Below are positions 11,901-25,235 of a stretch of DNA of 64,000 nt, one piece after another. The position numbers were made by a program, and so were the translations under genes. Under the pieces are notes generated by a model. It did not search any database. It was given only the letters and a program-made list of their open reading frames with translations, and was not told where the DNA came from. The stretch covers positions 62,001 through 126,000 of the forward strand of contig JAYWIR010000033.1 in NCBI GenBank assembly GCA_036172245.1. Direction: 5' to 3'. The stretch is from Raillietiella orientalis. Lineage: Eukaryota. Numbering within the stretch: position 1 is the first letter of the stretch; each line of letters opens with the position of its first letter.

Positions 11901-13568
11901 TCTCACGAAACGCAGACCACGCTTCACTGCCAAAAAGTGCCCACGCGAACGTGTTCTTTTTTGCAAGAACTTGCTTTCGCCTGCACGGTCAACTAGCAGA
12001 ACTCTCAGGAGAAAGTGTTTCGCTACATGCGCAGTCACCACTCTTGCATGTGGCAGTGCTCACACCTTCGTGGACCCAAGTCGCAGATCCGGTAAGCCGG
12101 ATCACTACTGCGAATAATGAAACAGCATCGCAGGAGGGGTGAAGACACGGAGGCACGTGCGCCGATCCCAATTTGCGTGCAAGAATTGCCTTTGCGACAC
12201 GCCAATTGCGAAAATGGTCAAAAGCCTGTTTCCTCTGCAGCTTCATCCCCGAAGCGCACTTTCCGACTTCCTTTTCAAAGACCGTCCTTGCGGATGCAAT
12301 CCGCTCCCTTTCTCGTCCCATTCCTCAGGTGTGCCCCACAGCTCTTGCGCTTGCCTTTTCCAGCACTCCGTCAGTTCCAGCTCACTATTCCCGTATTCAC
12401 ACTCCTCGCAGCCAGCACGCCGACCATCCCAACCTTGACTTCCCATCCCACGGCGAGGAGCACAATCTTACAGCAATGTCCCTGTTCCTACGCCTGTTTC
12501 CCTGAGCTATTCACAACCGCTCAAAAGGATGCCACTTTTTCTCCAAAAGTCCCCTCGGAGCACGCCAACAATCGCCGGACAATCAGCAAATCGAACGTCT
12601 CCTAAACACAAAAACGAACTTCGGCATCGCTGTCTCAGCAACCTTCGATCACGCATGTCTCTTCACCCAGCATGCGGCCTGCACTCTCCACCCGATGTCG
12701 TTTCCATGGTTTCCTTTGGTAAGGAAATTTTGCTTTCCAATTGCAAGGCGGCTAGCAGTTTCTTAGTGCAAAAGAGAGAAGATGACTTACAAAGTCTGCG
12801 GCTCAGTTGCAACAAGCGACGACTGCAAGATGAAAAGACCGTCCTACAAGCAGATTCCTTGGCGCGCATCGTCCCTGGGGGCGAAGGGGACGAGCGCGCA
12901 TCGGGGACTGGATCTCGGGGAGATCACTTGGATCGACGAGGACGAGAGCCAAGTGCAGAACGATCCGTGCACCGACGTATCTGGAGAGGCCTGCGTCACG
13001 CTATGCTCGGCCGGGCCGTCTTCCTGCACGTTGGCTATGAAAATGCCTTCGGTAGCGCAAGAGGTCCACAAGACCGTAACCAATCCGCGTGAGTCTGCAT
13101 CCGAGTCTGCGACCTTGCATTCCAGTTCTGGGCAAGGTGAAAAGGTATATTTCCTGAATCCCATCTGCCCTCACTGTGAAGAAACATTGCAGGACCGAAA
13201 AAAAAATTAGGAAGCCGGGCGCCTTTGTCGTTCATGACGGACCCATCTGTCTCCTGGTGAGAGAATGTGTTCACACATCTGAGCAAAAGCACCTGCACGC
13301 AGGAGTCTCGCACGCCGACGGCTCGCAGTCCTTGGCGGATGACGTGCGCGCCTCACACGGCAGTGCTGGCCAGCAACCAAGCTGCTCCGGAACGGGGGCC
13401 GTGAGCAGCTTCAAGTCGAGTGCCAGAGCGGATGCCAGCGCGAAACGTTCGCACCCTGTTGACAGCACCCCGCCTTAGCAGAACGCAAAGTCTATGATCG
13501 GAAAATTTTTCCGTAGATTGCTCGTTTGCGTTGCTCCACGGCGTCGCCGTGAAAGATGAATTAATAAA
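8921..13568 (+). pseudogene. Gene X copy 1 (unidentified, apparently spliced; 5'-truncated; no NUMT)
   Basis: Homologous to 52595-54660 plus 44529-47004. Candidate introns are 9160-9225 (GTGAGT..TTTCAG) and 9915-9996. The last frame ends RRRRER-stop followed by AATAAA at 13563. Confidence 0.5.
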
Positions 13569-15540
13569 TTCCTGTTTCAAGTGGCTCAGTTCGAATCTCC
13601 TGTTGGTGGGCTATACGGGTTTGGATTGGTTTGCTGGGGTGCGCGCGCAAGTCCCTGAACGTGCAACATCTCGCTAGCCGGCTGGCGCAACCTGCTTCCA
13701 GCGTGCTGTCGACGCCTGTGGCAATTCGACACATGCAACCTCTGCAGCGAAAGCAGCGCGGCATCCGTTGATGTATACGGTGTGGTTGGCATGAGCCATC
13801 CGGAGGAGGATCCGTCTCTTACAGCACACAGTTTGAAAAGCGAACCACTACTGCGACGTAGTGGATTCGTTTTCCCGCAGTTTTCGGTTGGTTTCTTTGT
13901 CGTTCGTGATTAACGTGGCGACGTTCAGCATCTGTAGTGTTTGCCAGCCGATACCAAGTGCTGCTCTTCAGCACTTCCGTGGTGAAGGACATTTTGCTTT
14001 GGGTACGGGTGCAAACTAACGATTGAACCTCCGCTGAGACGGCGTGCACTTGTGCGGCGAACTCGCTGGCACCTGTACGGAAACTAAAGCTTCAGTATTT
14101 GAGCACTTGATTCGGAGGGTTTGCAGGATACGATGCATTCCGACACGCAACTGTTGACTGCTACACCTGTGGCCGACATTCCTTCCGCAGGAAGGAGTTC
14201 CGATTCAATGGCTGTCAGGAGAAAAGCGCCAGTGGAACTCCTCGGGTCCCAGCTCGCACTACAGGGGGCCTTACTTCTTCCGACAGCCTGGGTCGCCGGC
14301 AGGGTTGCGGCGCGCTCCGGGCGCAACAGCAACACTGGCAACACTGGTCTCCAACCATGGAGCTGCCGGATGGATGACAACACTGCAAAATGGAAAAAAG
14401 AGTTTCGCTTTTTTCTAGAACCACAATTATCTTAATATTGTGAAGCCACTCTTCAGATCTTCTCCTGAAAAGCAAGGAACGACTTGCAGCGAGACGGTGA
14501 GGAAGCAAAAGTGCGGCAGTCGCTACTGCGTCTCCATACTCGCTCCATTGTGTTTTTCCAACGTGCGGACGGTTCTCCTCAACAAAGCACTACCGTTCGA
14601 CAACTTGTGGAAAACTAAGTTGCTGGTCGTGATAAGCGATGGCCACCTTATGTGGCTCCAGACCGAAGTAAAGCACTTTGCGTGTATTCCGCCAGGAACG
14701 AAGACTGTCGCCCCATACTAAAGCAACGGATATCGTGAGGGCTGCCACATCGTGAGGGCTGTTTGTACTTCACAGGTTCGTCACTGTGGTCACCGTCTTC
14801 TACCATAGCCACCGTTCCAGGCGCTACAGCATCAGCAGGACGAGATTTCCATCCCGACACGAGCGCACAAATCCTTTAGGCTGAATAGACCATTAAATGC
14901 ATTCCCAGGCATTCCTAAGCTCGCCTTTCATTTCCACTATCTGGCGTGCGGACAACAAGCGGAAAGCGGAAGACTTGCGCACATACTTCATCCACACCGC
15001 GGCTTGTTTCGGCAACAGAAGCGTGCCATGCTCGATTCTGACGATCGCCGACGCTGTCTTCTGGTGGCAGCTGCACAACTTCTCTTCCGGGGAATAGTCC
15101 CTCGACGGTGCACCGAGCTACTCAATATACTGAGACGCAAGCATCGAAAAGTGGATCCATTTCAGATATCCTGCCCACGCGATACCGAATGCAACCACGG
15201 ACGGGTTCGCTTTGTTCGTCCTGTTCACCTCCATTCCAGTCCCTCAGCTTAATACCTCGAAGAAATCTTCGCTCCCCGACAACGGTGTTGACATGGAGAG
15301 TACCAAAGGAAAATAATCCGCGAATGCTGACACGACCGGTGCGATTCAGCATCATATCTCAATCGAGCTAGGGCTCTTCAGCGGCTCAGCAACAAATCGT
15401 GGAAGGTGCTGAAGAGCAAGTGGTTCAGGCTGGCGACCAGCCGTATGCCGTCGCGCACCTCCACAGTGTACACCTTTGGCCTCCTGAACGAATTGTTGGT
15501 TATTGCGCTGCCCCGGCAAGTGTGCATAAAGTAGTTTGAG
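13569..15540. repeat. 3' flank of gene X, duplicated at ~47005-48030 (where ~13880-14830 is deleted)
   Basis: Direct sequence match; ORFs 13561-13764 and 46997-47200 translate identically. Confidence 0.85.
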
Positions 15541-15870
15541 ATTCCAAGAAGCGCTGGCGTACCGCACGATGCAGAAGAAACTGCTGGTCGATGCAGTCCA
15601 ATATATGAAGACGCAAGGTTGCTGGCGAAAGTTTCTGCACAGCTCCTGGGACGGATTGCATACGCCTTCATCACTACGATACAGACATATGCTATTTCCG
15701 GGCAAGGTATGGAGGCGAACCTGTTCCAAGCTTCCATCTGGCTAGACCTCCTACAAGAAATAAAATTGGTGCTCAGCCAGAATTCCAGTGCGTGCGTCGG
15801 TAAATGCTCAGATGTCCAAATCAAGGAGGGCGCCTTTGCAAGCGCCGTCGACTTACGGAAAGCATTCGGA
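15540..15870 (+). mobile_element. Decayed RT fragment, interrupted at 15870
   Basis: DARLLAKV...QTYAISGQGMEANLF...AVDLRKAF; the paralog at 48080-48380 is uninterrupted. Confidence 0.8.
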
Positions 15871-18575
15871 ATTCAACCGGATTTTGATAGTGCGTTGATT
15901 GCTAAATGAACTTTTACAATCACGTGTGGTGGCTGGACCAGTGCACCAGCCACGCACGAGAAAACACAGATCCTTTCAAGTCAAAGGTTTGCAGGCCGGA
16001 ACGGTCCACCAAGGCCGAAGTGGAAGGGTGGAAAAACAAAGTACTAAACAAACAGAATCAAAGAGTGGGAAGAAACGGGTAAGGATCACTTTTGCTGCTA
16101 AGGTTGCATCGTTCCACTCAGGAAGCTGGCAAGCTCTTGTTGCATTTGAAGATATAGGTTTGGCCATCGCGACGCTTTCCTCATTAATTGGTAGGCGCAC
16201 TGTATGGCATCCTGATCGCTTGGTACTCCCGCCGCCGTGCTCCATGCGGCGACGTTCCCACGGAAGCAGCACAAGGCTGCAATCGAGGACTCTGGCCAAG
16301 GGGCGTCGGCAACGACAAAGGCTTTCAGAGAGTCCCTGTGGTTGCCGCAGGGGATACCGACGGCCGCGGCGAAGCGGAACCAAAGGGACTGAAGAGAAAC
16401 ACGATCCACTAGGAGGTGGGGGATGGAGTCCCGTTCCCGCACCTTACACAATTGGGGTCCATTGCGCCCCAATTTAAGTGTTGTCTGCGGGGCTTGCAAA
16501 GGGATCTCCTATGCTGCAAGAGCAGCGCCGAATCCAGCCATTAGCAGGGAAGGGTGGAAGTGTTCATAAGATACAAGGGCCACTTCAGATGTTCATTCGG
16601 GACATCGAGCAGCGCTCCCCAGCGCAGAAGTACATAGGGAAGTGTACTCTCGGTCGCAGCATAAGTTAACTTTCCTGTCATCCACTCTCTCTGCTGCTTC
16701 TCCTTCTTAAAGATTTTTATTCTAACCTCCCACTTTTCCGCAACATTGCTGTCCTGATTTTCAAGTAGAAAGTGCAGCGCAGCAGCGAGGAGTGCACTTC
16801 CTTCCCACGCTATCCTCTTAGGATGCTATAAGATCTCGCGGAGCGTGCAACTTCTGTAACCCCCAAACAGGAACCTTCGTTCCTGTTGAGAGCGTTGCAT
16901 GCCGAACTGTCCCTATGTTCGAACAGTTTTCCGCAACCAGGCACCACCGTACAAGGGGCGACAGGTGAACCATCTCTTTACTTGTCAGCGCAGCTACCCT
17001 ACAGAGCTGGAGTTTGCATCAATAGACGCGGCGATGGAGTGCAAGAAAGGAGGTGAGTTTTATCTTTCCGATAGCTTGCTGAAGTTGGAGACGTGCAGGG
17101 ACGCACCAGCAGGTGCACCACAACACCGGAACAAGTGCCAACATTCGGAAGTAGAGCAGAAGCTCGGCGCTATAATGTGAAGAGGCCGAGAGCACCGTGC
17201 CGACGCGGAGCACACAAGTCCTCTATGCGGACTCGGGCCCACTTGTTGCCCCAAAGGGCGATACGGAGGAGGTCCTCCAGTCGCCTTTTTATCCTCTTTG
17301 TGGGGGGGCAAAAAAGAAGCAGGGTCCGGAGGAAAGGGGCCGCGAACGTGTTCAAAACCGCGGTCCGTTCAGGCAGGAGAAATCTGCCGCCTCGGAGCGT
17401 TCCGATAGCCGTCTCTACATTCTAGAGGCAGCCGGAGCATGCTTCCGCAGGGGAGTAGTACCTTAACGGCACACCAAGGTACTTGAAGTACCTCACCGTG
17501 GGGATCCCCAAACGGACCCAGTCCTGGCGCCCTGCCTCCACCGAACCAACTGGAATCACGGACGACTTCGCCCTGTTCACCGTAAGTCCGGTTCCTTGAT
17601 CCAGCAGGTCGACTATCTCCTTGAATACCGAAGCCCGTTTGGACATAGGGAGCAGCAGCAGAAGGTCGTCCTCGCAAGCTTACACCGCGATCGTGGGGCC
17701 GCAGTCGTGCGGCAGGTGCGCAAGTGTTTCCCTGTACTCTCTGAGTACCAACTCAATGTAGACACTGAAGAGCAACTTGCTCTGGCTCTCTCCCTTCCAT
17801 TTGCCACGTTGCAGTGGCACGCCGCGCACGGTCTGTCCCCTGCAAGTAAGACTCATTAGCGCGTAGCTCCAACTGGGGCGCTGATAGACTAGGAATGAGG
17901 CCTGGAAGGTAAAGCGTTGTAAAAGCTCCAGCAGGAGATTCTGGTCGACGCTTACGAATGCTTTACGCAAGTCGAAAGCGACCGTAAGAGCTCCCTTCAT
18001 CAGCCAACCATGCGTCTAATGGCTGACCGACTTTGCGGAATTTCCGTTGCGAGTCAAACCCCTTTCCTGTTGGAGCTCTATCGAGGTGAAAGCGTGGAAC
18101 AGGTCCGCCTCCCTACTTCGCACGAGAACAGCATACGTCTGCTCTGGGCTAATGACGGCGTTTGCAACCCGTCCCAAGCCCTCAACTGAAACCTTAGGTA
18201 TCAGCTTCGCATCCGCATTCACAATTATGATAGGACGCCTGTTGTTCATGCTATTCAGATCTCCTCCCATAGGAAGAAGCCGCTCCTTTTCCGAACGAAA
18301 CGAGGCGTAAACGTCACCTGTCTTGCGTATCAGCAAGGTGAGTTGATGTACCAGGGGGTTAGCTGAACTCCGAAAGTTTGATGAAACTCCGCGGACAGGC
18401 CATCCTCCCATGCACCCTTGTGTTTCTAGAGCTTCCCGATGACCGTGATGATCTCGTTCATCGTAAAAAACTCGTCGATGGACTTTTTGTCCTCCTCCCC
18501 GATCTCATGAGCGCCTTTCGGATGCAAGAGTCGTGAGACATTGTGCTCGGGAGGCGCCCTGGCGTACAGGGAGGC
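15871..18575 (-). mobile_element. Heavily decayed Tx1-like ORF2 (RT to CCHC finger) with 3' UTR
   Basis: RPIIIVNADAKL, SPEQTYAV, AFDLRKAF, VRYFKYLGVP and LCAPRRHGALGL motifs; degenerate terminal motif at 15872-15903. Confidence 0.85.
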
Positions 18576-20345
18576 GTTGGGACGTGATTCTTCTGCGCTC
18601 TTGCCGCATAAGATTCCGAAGGTTTTTTTTAGTATGTTTGTGAGTGGTACATCGCCGGTGTCCCATGGCAGGAATGCCTAAGGGCACTGCGATGAAGATT
18701 GGAGGGAAAGAAACTTGTTCCTCTCCCCAACCCACGTAGGTGGGGTGAACCACCCTCACGGAACAGAGGGCAACCGTCCCCTTGAAAAAGGGGGCACCCG
18801 CCCCCTTGGATTAGAAGGCAAACGCCCTCCTGGAATGAAGTGAAACCGCCTTCTTGGAGAACGGGACAACTGCGTTTGCGGATCAGTGTTCTTCAAACAC
18901 GAAAACCTAGAGCTCCGTGGCTGCAGCGCCATCTCCTGCAGACTTAACAGAACAGCACGCTTACCTGGAAACAAGATACATGCCGAACTTGATCTACAAG
19001 GTAGGAAATCTGTTCGTTGGAAATGACGCTTGCCATTCCGAGAGGAGACTGAAGCGGCAACAAGTTAAAGAGGAGGACCTGGAAGGTTTGTCAGTTCTCA
19101 GTAGGGGCCTGCGGATGGACCTTTCTTGCAAAGATGCAAGAATGTCTCAACGCCTGCTGAATACTCCCCTCATGTTGGAAGGCAAGAAGTTCTTTCCAGT
19201 AACCGAGGATCGCTCTGTATTAGCGCATCTCACATGAGTAACCCTTCGCAAGTCAAAAACCGGCGTGAAGGAGGAATTGAGTAAATTCAGGACGGTACAC
19301 GCGGTATGGACCAAGCCGAAGTCTTCAAAAGTTACGGAAGATTGTTCAGTAGCACGGCTTAAGCGCGTGTGGCCGTTCACGAGAACGGTGTGTCACCCTA
19401 CGAAGTCGGCTTTGGCAACGATGCCGTCGACGTCTAGCACGTGGGTTAGCCCAAGTACTGTGGACAGTGCGATGTCACAGGGCACCTTAATAAACGATGC
19501 CCCACATCAATTGTTTTCACTGCGACGAAAAAGGCCACCTGCGGAAGATGTGTCCAAAACGCGAATCCCCGTTTCTTCCTGCTTTGAAAAAAGCCAAAGG
19601 GAATCACGCGGGGTGAATGGAAAAGCCTAACGAGGGGCCCGAGAGGCGGAACCCACAGCCAGAGCCCAAACCCGTGCAGCAAATGTCGGACGAGGATAAT
19701 CCCGACGAGGCTGGAGAGAGCGAAGGCTGGCATAAGGCGGAGCGCATAAGTGAAAATATCAAAAAAACCGAAGGCACGACAGCGGAACACGCGATATCTC
19801 CTTTAAATAGGAGACAACGCCGCGCATTGCTCCGCGAATGTTCGGTTTCCTTGGAGCGCGTGGAAGTCCCCGAGACCAAAACCGGGGGAGATATCCCCCG
19901 CCACGTTGCCAACGAAGTCGCGACCGCGGAAGGCAAACCCTCTGTGCAAATAGAGGAAGAACAGCGCGACGCGCTTGCCGCAATTCAGGAGGCCGCCTTT
20001 CAAAAGGCGGCGGAACAGCTCGCGGCCGAACTCGTCGACCGTTAGAACCGAGCGAGTAAGGCCTTACAAAGGCCGGCAGCGAGTACCGCACCTTCTATAG
20101 GTGAGCACGACCCGGATGGGGAAGTGCGTAATCCTTCGCGGAGGCGCTCTTGAAGAAGACTTCACGGAAGTCCAACAAACCGAAGAGGCGCATCACGACG
20201 AAGAAGTGGGGGACGCACCGGCAACCGAGAGAGAAGCCGACACCTTGGGAACGAAGGAAAGATTTTTCCCACCATCCGCTACCGAGCAGCTGGCTAACCC
20301 TATGGAGGAGGGGGAGCAGGTAAGTGATTGCTTCCCCCTTCCATC
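18576..20345 (+). mobile_element. Tx1-like 5' UTR and nearly complete decayed ORF1
   Basis: 5' UTR motif and ATG at ~18665; inverted paralog of 31247-33340 (NRRQRRALLREC, AAFQKAAEQLAAEL). Confidence 0.85.
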
Positions 20346-20349
20346 GGTG

Positions 20350-21993
20350 GGCCGACGTGTGTTTCTTTCGTTCCCGAATGAGTCGACAGGAAGCGGTTTC
20401 TTTCGTGTTGTTTTTGTGTGGAACGTACTTGGTGTCGGATAGCAACCTTTCCTGAGAACTCCACGATGGAAGTAGGTGTGGAAGAGGCTTCTTTATCCCC
20501 ACAGCCTACTGGATCAGAAGCATCCACCCCGGAGACATCTTCGGCAACTCCGAGGCCGTAAAGCGCCATGGTAGATGCGTTTAGCGCAACAGTCATGGAG
20601 GAGATGGCCCCCTACCGGGCAGCTGGGTACAAGCCCAGCTTAGTATACCGTGTAGGCAATCTTTTTGATGGGTGAACTGCACGCAGCTTTAAGAAGGCGC
20701 TCCAGAACAACAACATTCTAGAAAAGGATCTCAATGGTCTATCTATGCTTAGCGGGGGTCAGCTCGTCGAGGTTGTCTGTAAGGACATTATTTTCGCGCA
20801 AAATCTGATCACCACCCAGCAGAACATGGTAGAGCGCATGATCCTGCCAGTGACGATGGACCGCTCCGTAGTGGTCCATCTGACTGTTATCACCAGCCGC
20901 ATGACGCGGTCTGCGGTTGGTGAAGAACTGCAGAAGTTCGGTGAGGTAGACGCGCTGTGACCAAAGGCCACTATGTTCGAGGGCTACAATAGCCTTTTCG
21001 TGGGGAAGTTCGCCGCGCAGGTATCTGTGAACGAGGGTGGAGCGCCACCTTACAAGTTGGAGGTCTGCCAGGAAGCGGTAGACATCTGGTACATGGGGAA
21101 ACGCCACTACTGTGGGTACTGTAGCACAGTGGGTCACCTCCTCAAAAGGTGCCCAAATAAACAGTGCCACCTGCGCGGGAATCGAAGCCACGTTCGACGA
21201 GTGTTCCCCAAGCGCCCCAGCCCGGTGCAACCTGCCGCCAAAGAGGCGCTGGTGAAAAAAACGAAGCACGTCGCAAGACCTATAGTTGGAAGTGGTGGGC
21301 AGAAGATGCCAGCACCTCAACCTTCGTAACAAAAGTCGGAGGAACAACCTTTCCAAGTAGTCGGAGGGGCAGACGGTTAGCAGGATGTACAAGCCCGTAA
21401 GAAAAAAAGGTTCTCAACCAGGAAGCCGCGAGAGCGGAGAAAAAGCCGGCCGGTAAGGAGACAAAACCTCAGCCGCGCTCAAAAACTCAGCGGGAGTGCA
21501 CAATTGCACTCGAATGCATTGCCGTTCCCGAGGTTGCCACACTGGGCGACGAGCCTCTTTTCGCCGTTTCCGCCACGCCCGAAGCTCGCGAGGGCGAACC
21601 CTCTGTACAAACAGAGGGTGAGCCGAGGGACGCGCGAGCCGAAAGCGAGGACGTTGCATTCGCGGAGGCGGAGGAGCTCGCGGCCACACTGGTTGAGCGT
21701 GACAACCTCTCTTGCAAGGCCTTGCGAAGGCCGGCTCCGGCAAAGAAAACCTTCTCAGGTGAGTTAGACCTCGGGGCAAGAAGCACATCCTCCTCCTCGG
21801 AGTCACCCTTCAGAAAGTCGGGACACAAGTCCCAGAATCCCAAGAGGTGCCTCCCCTCCTTCAGCGAGGAGGAGAAGCAGGAAGGTAGCGGAAGCGTGGA
21901 AATCCCGGGAAGGGAAGTCCCACGCTCCGAAGCCGTTGAACCGGCCACCCCCATGAAGGACGGTGAGTTGGGGGGAAAGTCCTCCCTGCAGTA
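20350..21993 (+). mobile_element. Tx1-like 5' UTR and ORF1, second subfamily
   Basis: GACGTGTGTTTC 5' motif at ~20353; VDIWYMGKRHYCGYCSTVGHLLKRC knuckle. Confidence 0.82.
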
Positions 21994-21994
21994 G

Positions 21995-23590
21995 CCACGC
22001 ATGAACAGCCCGCCCTCATCGAGGAGGGCCTACAGGTGCCCTACGTCTGCTACGTACACCTGTTTTTTGGGGGAATCGCCGCCTCCACCCCATCATCCAT
22101 CGTGATCCTCCTCCTCGGAATTACCTTCCGGATGGCCAAAGAGGCTGTCCGGAAGGAATTATTAAAATTTGAAACCGTGAACGCGCTGTGGAAAAAGCCT
22201 ACTCCGTTTTGGGAGTATAGTCTTCCCAATTGCTGTCAGGCTTCCGCGAAAATCACGGTGCGCGAAACTTGCTCCTTACCAAACTAGCTGGAGGTCAACG
22301 ACGAGCCCGTTGACGTTTAGTATGTTGGTAAGCCGCATTTTTGCGGGCAATGCAGCACTTGAGGTCACCTGGAAAAAAGGTACCCCTACTTGCAGTGCAA
22401 GCAATGCCAGCAACCCAGGCACACTTTTCCGGTGTGCCCTCCAAATCAAGTCGGCGTCGCGTCCGCACGGAATGCTAACCACCGCGGCCAAAAAAAAAGA
22501 GTTCTGGCAGCGCGAGAGCGAGCCGCCGCTAAAGAACAAGCTATCGTGCCCCAGGTAAAAGTCCACTCCGAGATCCCGGAATACTCGGACAAGGTCGAGG
22601 AGAACGGCCAGGAACATGGATGGTAGGTAGTAAAATCCAAGCCGCAGAAAAACCTCAAGGAACCAAAAAAAAATTTCGCAAAACGCAGCGAGAATCTGCC
22701 GAGTCACGAAAAGATCGAACGCTGCTCTGTCGTCTTCGAGCGCATTCCTACGGTCGAACAGAGTGGCTAAATTGAACTCTTTGCTGCCCACTCTCAGCCC
22801 TCCGGCAAATTAATGCCTGTGGATGACGAACTGGCGGTATTGTCCGTCGTCGAACTCCTGCTCGAAGACGTCGCCTTTGAGCGAGCGGCGGAGGAGCTCG
22901 CTGCGTCCTTGCAGCGTCCCCCCAAATCCGCGAAAAAGGCCTTAAGGCGTCCGACCTCGATCAAGAAGTCGGAGATTCTGAACTCTGACGCAGAGGCGGA
23001 AAACACAGTGTGCGGACTCGCGGCCTCGCGCACTAGGGCCAGTGGCACGAAGAAGGCTACCCGCAAACTTATCCCGTCCGTTGAAAATGGAGACAATCAA
23101 GGGAAGCGAGCGTGCGAAGAGAGTAAAGAACTCCGGGGACTCTCCACCAGAGGTAATCGCACGCTGCGACGCCAGAGGAAGGAAAAAGGTAGAGTCTGTG
23201 CCCCAGGTGATTCAACTGCCTGAGGTGGCCCCGGTATCCTTACTCGTCTCTCCCACCTATCCCTTGACAGGTGCTGCAACACGACGTTCCCAGCCTGAAT
23301 GCAGGGAATCGGCTCTTGCCTCCTTCTGCGAATTGCCTGTTGCACCGTCAACGGGCTAAGCGACAATGGAAAGAGACGACAGGTGGCCGCCACCCTGGCA
23401 TCGTACGACCTGGTGCTACTGCAGGAGATCCACGTGATCTCCGCAGACCAAGCAGCGGAGATCGAGCGAATCTCGGGTGCACGGCTGCTGTGGCGCTGCG
23501 GCGCCGTTAAATATTGCAGTGTCGCGTTCCTAATTCTGCCAGATTCCTTCATAACTGAGGGTCCCTTGGGCTCATCCCTATCAGCCACTT
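21995..23590 (+). mobile_element. Tx1-like partial ORF1 and endonuclease start
   Basis: CKQCQQPRHTFPVC knuckle remnant and EDVAFERAAEELAA; ORF2 from 23299 has LRIACCTVNGL...DLVLLQEIH. Confidence 0.85.
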
Positions 23591-25235
23591 GAGATTATCC
23601 CTGGGGATGCGAGTAGCACGCACCTTCTGAATATTCCACGCACCTGCACGTTCGGGGTCGGGGCGTCCGCCAGTTGACCCATGGTCCAGCCGCACAACTT
23701 CTTCTCTCGTCCCTAGAAGCAGCAGCAGACTTGCCACATTGGCGTGCGGCCGCTGTGAAGAGCCCTCCTCAGTAAGCGCATCGCCGTAGCAAGGCAGGTT
23801 GTATCGTTCCACGTGCTTGCAGCGGGATTCTCCAAGAGATCCCGCAGCGTGCAGCGGGCGTTGGGGCCGCATCGAAAACGCTTCCATGCTTCGTGGGTTC
23901 TGCTGTTTAACACAGATCAGGTGCCGATGTTCTCCACCAGCGATGAAGAGGAGTTGGCAGGGTTGCAAACCATAAAGCGGTTCTCCATGGCCAGGGTTGC
24001 ATTGCGCCTGAGCAGTAGGCTGGATCTTCTTATCTTCCGGCCTGGGCACAGAAGAAAGCACGAGAGTCCCTCGCAACATGACACACGGCTGTCTAGGAGG
24101 CGGGCCGGAATGCACCAAGGAGCGCTCCACATCATCGCTGCGATGGCGAGGTTCCGCCATGGAAGCTGTTTCTCCACGCGTTCCAGAGTCGGGAGGCCAA
24201 GACCGCCGTCCCGACGAGGAGCGCACAAGCCCTTCAGAGGGACTCAGGCCCTTCCCTAGCCCCTATGGGCTATACGGAGGAGGTCCTTTGTGCTCTTCTT
24301 AATCTCTTAGAGGGCGGGGCAAACAAAAAGCAAGCGGCGGAGGATGGAAGCCGCAAATGCATTCCGAACCGCTTCCCGTTCCGGCAAGTGAAACTTGCCT
24401 TCCAGAAACTGGCCGAACGAAGTCTCTACTTTTCGGAGGCAGCTGAAGCACGCTTCCGCCGGGGAAAAGTCATTAAACGGCACACCAAAGTACTTCGACC
24501 ACCTGGCCGTGGGGATCCCCAAAGACAACCAGTCCTGCTGCCCTACCCACGCCGCACCTAATGGAACCACCGACAACTTCGCCCTGTTAACCTGCAGTCC
24601 GGTCCCGCGGCAAAGCAGATCGAAAAAGTCCTCGACTGCCGTTTCCGGAGTGGACATGAGTGCCATAAGCAGAAGATCGTCGGCGTACGCTGCTACGGCG
24701 GGCGTGTCGGGGCACGAGCACGGGAAGGGAGCCAAGGACACCCTGTACGCTCTCGGCACCAAATAAAAGTAGGTGCTGAAGTGCACGGGGTTGAGACTAT
24801 CTCCATGCCATATGCCGAGCCGCAAGGGCACACCATACAATTTCTGACTCCTAAAATGGATTGAGATTATCGCATTGCGCCAGCAAGAGCAAAGGTAGGA
24901 AATTAGGGAGGGTGGGAAGCCCATGCGACCCAGGAGCTCCAAGAGGAGTTCCTGGTCCACACAGTCGAACGCCTTGTGGAGATCTACTGCGAGCGCTAGG
25001 GCCCCTTGTTCGCACGGGGATTCCTTCCCAGCCCGGGTGACGACCCCAATGTGGGGTTGCTAGTTTTCCCTTTCACTTTCTTTTTTCTCCTCTGCAGGTG
25101 CATCCATGTGCTCGCGAAGAAAAGGTTGGCATCCATACTTCGCCCGGGAACAGTATAGGTCTGCTCCCGACTATTCATGGATTCTGCCACCTGCTTCAGA
25201 CGCAAAGCCCATAGCCTGCTGGGAACTTGGTGGGC
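23590..25235 (-). mobile_element. Tx1-like RT core fragment
   Basis: EQTYTVPGRSM, VDLHKAFDCVDQ, GIWHGDSLNP, catalytic AYADDL (~24676-24687) and KYFGVP. Confidence 0.92.
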
